From NCBI GenBank assembly GCA_903923925.1, contig CAIXZF010000070.1, forward strand, positions 1 through 59,018: a stretch of DNA of 59,018 nucleotides. Direction: 5' to 3'. The translations under genes and the position numbers were made by a program. Of the stretch, positions 54,901 to 59,018 are shown piece after piece; positions within the stretch are counted from its first letter, which is position 1, and the number at the start of each line of letters is the position of its first letter. The DNA comes from an uncultured Bacteroidales bacterium (GTDB lineage Bacteria; Bacteroidota; Bacteroidia; Bacteroidales; CAIXZF01). The notes below the pieces were generated by a model. The model saw nothing but the letters and a program-made list of their open reading frames with translations, had not been told where the DNA came from and did not search any database.

Positions 54901-56910
54901 CTCATCAAGACCAATGTCTGTTTGAGCTCCACCTCCACCATTTCTTGTTGCTCTGAATCTGATAATTACGTTCGATGATTCACTGTTGCCTAACTGAATA
55001 ACTTCCTGTGTCCAGGCAGGAACAGTAGTAAACTTTTGAAGGAAGGTGAAAGTAGTACCACCATCTTCTGATTCCCAAACAGCCAAACTGTCTGCTCCGC
55101 TGGTATTAATGTAGTAAAACCTCAATTCTTTAAATCCGGGTGTGGTGAAATCAACGAAACAATTCATAACACCTGTGGCACCATTTGCAGCACTGTTCGA
55201 ATGGAACCTTGCTGACAATGCTGTTGTGTTTGCACCGGTAGGGTTGTAGATACCAGTATTTACAGCGGTCCAGTTAGCAGAACCTCCGTCATTTGAACGT
55301 CTCCATGAAGCATTTCCTGTAATCGGATTACTAATCCAGTAATTGCTTGGAACATCATTAGAGTCCAGTTTATTTACCCAAAGGCTGTCAAAACTTTCGT
55401 GGAATGGAATAGGTGCATAAGGTTGATAAAAAACGTTCTTCGAAATAGTATCGTTTGTAAGATCACCATCAATAAATCCATTTGGTGAATTTGTCCAGGC
55501 TTTAATAGTTGAAGCACCAGTTGATGAAAAGGTGTAATTCCCTAAAATAATACCTGATTCACTGGAACCAGCAGCAATAATACCATTCCATAATAATGCA
55601 GGCTGCAGCACTCCGTCTACTGCCCAGTCAATATTTACTGAGGTTAGATCCATACTGCCATAGTTTTTCAGATCAACAGTAACGTCCTGATTTGCTGAAG
55701 ACATTGCAGCAGGTGGATTTGTAATTGCAGACACTCCTGCATCATTATCCGGTGCCATAAAAATCTCCACATGGTCAATTCCGATATCGGTTCCACCGGC
55801 TGCAGCAGTCCCTGTCGTCTTGAAACGCAAAACAACATTCGACGACAATGAACTACCAAGATCTTTGGAATATTGCTGCCAGTTTGTGGTAGTGGCATAT
55901 TTTCCTAAAAATGTAAAACTAGCACCACCATCTTCGGATATATATAATCCAAGACTGTCGGTGCCACTTGTGTTGATATACCAAAATTTAAGTTTTTTGA
56001 TACCATTTACGTTGAAATCCAGATAAAGATCATAATCATTTGCAATAGCAGTACCTGATGAATGGAATCTAGCTGAATGTGTTGATCCATTTGCTCCTGC
56101 TGTTGCATAAGCACCTGTTACTGTTCCCCAGCCAGCTCCTGCATGTCCGTCATCATCTCTTCTGAGCGAATTATTTCCCATAGAAGGGAAATTTCTCCAT
56201 GAAAAATCAGGAACATCTCTCAATCCGTCACCATTTAACCATACATCATCAAAGGTCTGAGTATAAGGAATTAGTGCATAAGAAGGGAAATACTGGCTTG
56301 GTGTGTTGCAACCTGCTCCTGGAGTTCCATAAACAGGAGCACCATTTGCCAGAGCAAAGGAGTTGGCATTTAAGATGTTAGCTGCAATCCAGTTATCGCC
56401 GATGGTATTGTCAGCATTCGGGTCGCAAAGCATTATTGTTGAACCATTTCCGGCTGCGGTCAAGGGCCATGGTGCATTCGGACTGTACCGAACAGAATCC
56501 ATTGTTATTCCAAGTGCAGATTTTAATACGATTGATGCGCCATTATTCGCAAGAGTCTGGCCAGCGGTCCATTGGTATACTCCTAAAATTCCATAATAAG
56601 CTTCTGCCCTAACAGAGTTTCTTGCAACTACAACATATGTGCTGGGTTGAAGTGTGTAAGAAGGAAAGGTAAACGTTACAGCAGTTGTCAACTGAAATGC
56701 AGTCATATCAACCGGGTCAGCTGTATTGTTATAAATTTCAATAAACTCCAGGGAGTCACCTGTTCCTCCTGTCGAGGGGTCGTTGTACATTACCTCCGTA
56801 ATTACCACTTCCTGCGAATAAGCATGAAATGTAAATAACATGGCAATCAAAACCACAATTAATGTAAGGATTTTTTTCATTTTCATCATCTTTTGAATTT
56901 GATTTATCAT
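51979..56910 (-). CDS. Large T9SS type A CTD surface protein with an N-terminal lamin-tail domain (LTD) and repeated beta-rich modules
   Basis: Signal peptide 'MKMKKILTLIVVLIAMLFTFHAYSQE'. LTD 'VVITEVMYNDPSTGGTGDSLEFIEIYNNTADPVDMTAFQL'. Two homologous ~450-aa modules, 'DDVWLNGDGLRDVPDFSWRN...' and 'DSLWVNKLDSNDVPSNYWISN...'. C-terminus 'YPNPATSSLRVEFGRTIQNGELIMLDALGKQV...GVYCLMLKDENN'. Confidence 0.8.
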   Translation of the reverse strand: MINQIQKMMKMKKILTLIVVLIAMLFTFHAYSQEVVITEVMYNDPSTGGTGDSLEFIEIYNNTADPVDMTAFQLTTAVTFTFPSYTLQPSTYVVVARNSVRAEAYYGILGVYQWTAGQTLANNGASIVLKSALGITMDSVRYSPNAPWPLTAAGNGSTIMLCDPNADNTIGDNWIAANILNANSFALANGAPVYGTPGAGCNTPSQYFPSYALIPYTQTFDDVWLNGDGLRDVPDFSWRNFPSMGNNSLRRDDDGHAGAGWGTVTGAYATAGANGSTHSARFHSSGTAIANDYDLYLDFNVNGIKKLKFWYINTSGTDSLGLYISEDGGASFTFLGKYATTTNWQQYSKDLGSSLSSNVVLRFKTTGTAAAGGTDIGIDHVEIFMAPDNDAGVSAITNPPAAMSSANQDVTVDLKNYGSMDLTSVNIDWAVDGVLQPALLWNGIIAAGSSESGIILGNYTFSSTGASTIKAWTNSPNGFIDGDLTNDTISKNVFYQPYAPIPFHESFDSLWVNKLDSNDVPSNYWISNPITGNASWRRSNDGGSANWTAVNTGIYNPTGANTTALSARFHSNSAANGATGVMNCFVDFTTPGFKELRFYYINTSGADSLAVWESEDGGTTFTFLQKFTTVPAWTQEVIQLGNSESSNVIIRFRATRNGGGGAQTDIGLDEVNIDLAKPDASVASIITPASGCGLTSNEVAQIVIRNNGYVPISDIPVYFNDNNGNTVSETAFVTLNAGETYNYTFSNAIDLSAMGGHALKFYTAYANDNNPLNDTLSKVISNLTVINTFPFLEDFELGYTNYMSVEGATNASVLVDTAIGVNNSHGLRMTGGAVAGTWPAGSGNNTTAAQAFGYADHLGKAATCMVDATNLNHPQLKIDLRQINITNGGPRYSFFRVLINDTIAVPTESGITNFNPVTATTDAYATQVFDLSAYANTQFKVTLESACKYSPGGAYALGDNAFIDNFIIAEKPAQEVAAVAITSPTSGCGLGTTEHITFTIKNNGTNPAVDFNVSTQADNGVWISETFTGTILPDSTATYTFTGGLDLSAPGAHVITVATNLLNDPYPTNDTTKRTVSTVPYISTYPHLQDFEGTSFTGWTTAAIAGTNNWELGTPAKATINTAHSGVNAWITGLTNAFSPNSDMWLASPCYNFTGLVNPYLSVWLNFVMVANFDAMVMEVSVNDSTWYKVQADTLFYNNYSAQLPVAPPKWSGNSNGWVQVGTGLPSLAGKAKVSFRFRFQSNQVNNSEGFAVDDFEIKEATADAECLEWLSPKTSCGFTNAEPIVIRVKNSGQMAITDLPVAYSVNGGTTLVHDTIHATIAPGTQYDFTFTQTANLSAGGPFSCVAKTFLANDPTLTNNMVTYTLSELPSISSLPFTETFEVTNDYFALANGTNSAVAVVPAIGLNGSTGLQFTGNVAGTWPGGTSGNTTAAQAWGYIDHIATASTCDISVSSSAGLWLKLALRQTYSTGALYSWFRVMLNETTQLADTAGVTDFNPATGTGDPFVYKVFVLTQYLGTPFRISLQSSCKYSDATGTGGNGDKAEVDSVMLIPPITVGIENHETGNYMVSYPNPATSSLRVEFGRTIQNGELIMLDALGKQVIQKNLLNIQGLTLDLENLDPGVYCLMLKDENNVLTQKIVKK

Positions 56911-57122
56911 TGTTTAACTTAAATATTTTTATATTCCTGAATAGAATAAACTAAGTGGAAGATATGCTTCATATTAAATAATGAAGGTAGTCTACGAAAA
57001 TAGTAGACAGCGAAATCAAAAAAGGTTCGCTGAAGATATAAAAAAATATTCTACCAGTATGAAAATGTTTAAATCCGGGCAGTGGTGTTAATAATTACAG
57101 GTATTTTATATCTGGTTTCAGA

Positions 57123-58769
57123 TTATTTTATAAGAGCATCAAATAATACTTCGGGTACAAAATAGGTAGTTCCTTTATTTAAAACCAATGTATTTAAGGG
57201 TATCAGCTGATTGTTCTTTTTAAAAAAACTCACATTTGAAGAAATCTCATAAGTATCCTGGCCTTTTTTGATCCGGAATGGCATTTTGCTTATAATTATA
57301 TATGAATTAGAATTTTCTTCTGATGATATAGCTTTGAAGTATTTAGTTGTTTCAGCTTCTAAATTTCCCAGATTTAGTTGTTTGGCGATGTAATTTCCAA
57401 TGTCAGAATTCTCAACAACTCCTGTAAGCCTGTCATTTTTCGGATGATAAATGCCCAGGAAAACATCTTCATTGGTATGTCCGCTTGTTGTCCAGCCTAT
57501 GGAGGCTTTGTCGCTCAAGGTATGTCCAAGATAGGAAATCAAATTACCCGGTAAATCGGTTGAGGAAATTTTTGAAGTTGTGGACGGGAACTTTATAAGT
57601 TTTAAATCGGAGACCAGATTTTCTGTCTCTGCATCTGTTAATTTTATTGAATACTCCTGTTCAATCAGCTTTGAAAAATCTGATGTATTCAGTAAAGTAT
57701 TTCCCTGGTTATCAATCTTCTTCAGAATTGTTTCATACACCCATCGACTTGAATGTTTTGCACTTTTTAATGGACCGATTACATTCCTGGGAATATTCAT
57801 CTTATCAAATGAAATGGATTTATCACCATAGACACTTCCCATGGTAATTCCACCGTTTCCATGATCCGGACAAACAATGACAAGAGTGTTTTTATCCTTT
57901 TTCGCAAAGTCAATTGCCATTTTTACAGCCTTGTCAAAGGCAAGAAACTCTGTTACAACACCTTTGGGATCGTTATTATGAGCAGCCCAGTCAACCTGGC
58001 TTCCTTCAACCATTAGGAAAAAGCCTTTCTTGTTCTGGCTGAGCAACTGTATAGCCTTGTCTGTCATTTCAGAAAGTGAAGGCTCTTTTGTTGTATCTCT
58101 GTCGCAGTCGTACGAAAGATATTTCTTTCCATCCAGCCAACCGTCAAACAATGCCCAAGTGGGTTTCTTTAGGGCAGCTTTAGTATTGAAATTCTTAAAT
58201 GATTGATAATCGGTTATCATTCTGTATCCAAGACTGTCGAAAACAGGTTTGAGACCAGGATTTGAAAGGTAAGCATAACCGCCACCAAAAACCAGGTCAG
58301 GACTATTATATACAAATTGTCTGGCTAATACATCATAGGAATCACGGTTAAAATAATGACAAACAAAATCAGCAGGAGTTGCATGCGGAAACTGGCAGGT
58401 AACCACTATTCCTGTCGACAGCCCTTTGAGTCTGGCAAGTTCGAGTACCGATATACAGGGCGTATTATCAGCCTTTACCCCAACATAACCTGATTTTGTC
58501 TTGTTCCCTGTTGCAAATGCCGTAGATGCCGGTGCAGAATCCGTTATAGTGCTGTCATAGGAATTCGTTTTTACCAGTCCACAAATGATTTCATCAATTG
58601 CAAGTGGTTTATCACCCTGATACCAGCGTGCCAGCGATAACACATCAGTGCTCGTCCCGTCAGGTATAAGCAAAATCACATTTTTAACCTGCTGTTGCGG
58701 GAATAGGATACCCGGTAATAACATCAACAGCACAAACCATAATAAAAAACGTATAGGAATGCATTTCAT
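57123..58769 (-). CDS. Alkaline phosphatase family protein (PhoA-like) with a ~90-aa C-terminal extension
   Basis: Signal peptide 'MKCIPIRFLLWFVLLMLLPGILFPQQ'. 'LLIPDGTSTDV' and 'TDSAPASTAFATGNKT' resemble the PhoA 'DSAASATA' active-site region. 'VEGSQVDWAAHNND' and 'CPDHGNGG' are also present. Confidence 0.8.
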   Translation of the reverse strand: MKCIPIRFLLWFVLLMLLPGILFPQQQVKNVILLIPDGTSTDVLSLARWYQGDKPLAIDEIICGLVKTNSYDSTITDSAPASTAFATGNKTKSGYVGVKADNTPCISVLELARLKGLSTGIVVTCQFPHATPADFVCHYFNRDSYDVLARQFVYNSPDLVFGGGYAYLSNPGLKPVFDSLGYRMITDYQSFKNFNTKAALKKPTWALFDGWLDGKKYLSYDCDRDTTKEPSLSEMTDKAIQLLSQNKKGFFLMVEGSQVDWAAHNNDPKGVVTEFLAFDKAVKMAIDFAKKDKNTLVIVCPDHGNGGITMGSVYGDKSISFDKMNIPRNVIGPLKSAKHSSRWVYETILKKIDNQGNTLLNTSDFSKLIEQEYSIKLTDAETENLVSDLKLIKFPSTTSKISSTDLPGNLISYLGHTLSDKASIGWTTSGHTNEDVFLGIYHPKNDRLTGVVENSDIGNYIAKQLNLGNLEAETTKYFKAISSEENSNSYIIISKMPFRIKKGQDTYEISSNVSFFKKNNQLIPLNTLVLNKGTTYFVPEVLFDALIK

Positions 58770-58795
58770 AAAGTGCGATTCAGATTATCCGACAA

Positions 58796-59018
58796 AAATA
58801 CAATGATTTTGCCATCCCCGACACATTGTAGAGACGTAGCATGCTACGTCTCTACGGCCGACGGGACTGGACACCGTCCCGTCAAACGACACCGCCCCCG
58901 CCAGCCACAATTATGCTGCCATAATAAATACAATGATTTTGCCATCCCCGACACATTGTAGAGACGTAGCATGCTACGTCTCTACGGCCGACGGGACTGG
59001 ACACCGTCCCGTCAAACG
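58796..59018. repeat. Direct repeat of a 93-bp palindrome-rich unit, at 58796-58888 and 58926-59018, separated by a 37-bp spacer. It continues to or past the window edge.
   Basis: The two copies are identical. Each contains the 28-bp perfect palindrome GTAGAGACGTAGCATGCTACGTCTCTAC and the hairpin GACGGGAC-TGGACACC-GTCCCGTC. Confidence 0.75.

Noticed and set aside
58773-58961. 62-aa ORF after the alkaline phosphatase gene
   Set aside because: It is encoded across the palindromic repeat units and their spacer. The open frame is a by-product of the repeat sequence.
58796-59018. Possible CRISPR array at the window end
   Set aside because: The repeat unit is 93 bp, against 24-48 bp for known CRISPR repeats. 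Only two copies are visible and there are no cas genes within 59 kb. It is kept as an unexplained structured repeat instead.
1-59018. Mobile genetic element or genomic island (transposase, integrase, phage genes)
   Set aside because: No transposase, integrase, recombinase or phage structural motifs were recognised in any frame. The only degenerate fragment is the AAA-ATPase remnant at 35229-35414.

Overview
This window is most consistent with a Bacteroidota-type chromosome: there are no Shine-Dalgarno sequences, and several proteins carry type IX secretion system (T9SS) C-terminal sorting domains of both type A and type B. The T9SS and Bacteroidota assignment follows from established knowledge of those domain families, not from a search. 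Domain names below are motif-level recognitions made by eye.

The window contains, in order:
- **1-12.7 kb:** two giant T9SS surface proteins. The first is a >2,400-aa protein truncated at its 5' end, built from Ig-like/PKD-like repeats with two cohesin-like modules and a dockerin-like module. The second is a 1,087-aa HYR/PKD-like protein. A secreted protein of unknown function lies between them.
- **13.1-22.5 kb:** an ABC-transporter-dependent glycan biosynthesis/export cluster. It encodes a SAM methyltransferase, a GT-C-like TPR membrane protein, a polyprenyl-phosphate sugar synthase-like GT2, two further GT2s, an RgpF-like protein, and Wzt/Wzm.
- **22.5-28.4 kb:** a TlpA-like thioredoxin, a 1,096-aa FtsX permease with its ABC ATPase, and a GT4.
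- **28.4-42.3 kb:** one long minus-strand operon-like gene string, the most unusual part of the window and described in the next paragraph.
- **42.5-44.6 kb:** a flotillin/SPFH protein.
- **44.7-46.6 kb:** a second cohesin- and dockerin-like protein.
- **46.8-56.9 kb:** two further giant T9SS proteins. One is SprB-like, with 13 near-identical 88-aa repeats and a type B CTD. The other has a lamin-tail domain.
- **57.1-58.8 kb:** an alkaline phosphatase.
- **58.8-59.0 kb:** a 93-bp palindrome-rich direct repeat, running into the window edge.

The 28.4-42.3 kb string couples three kinds of component. The first is a pair of cytoplasmic flavin/Fe-S enzymes of the electron-bifurcating Nfn/Stn/HydBC type: a NuoE-NuoF-ferredoxin fusion, and a 2Fe-2S + GltD/NfnB-like enzyme. 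The second is a NapH-like polytopic membrane ferredoxin and a Tat-exported NapG-like ferredoxin. The third is a tandem array of five paralogous PQQ-like beta-propeller proteins plus one NHL propeller. One of the five beta-propellers is fused in frame, through a signal-peptide-like hydrophobic segment, to the GltD-like oxidoreductase.

That string looks like an undescribed trans-membrane redox module feeding periplasmic beta-propeller proteins.

No CRISPR array, tRNA, rRNA or mobile-element gene was seen.
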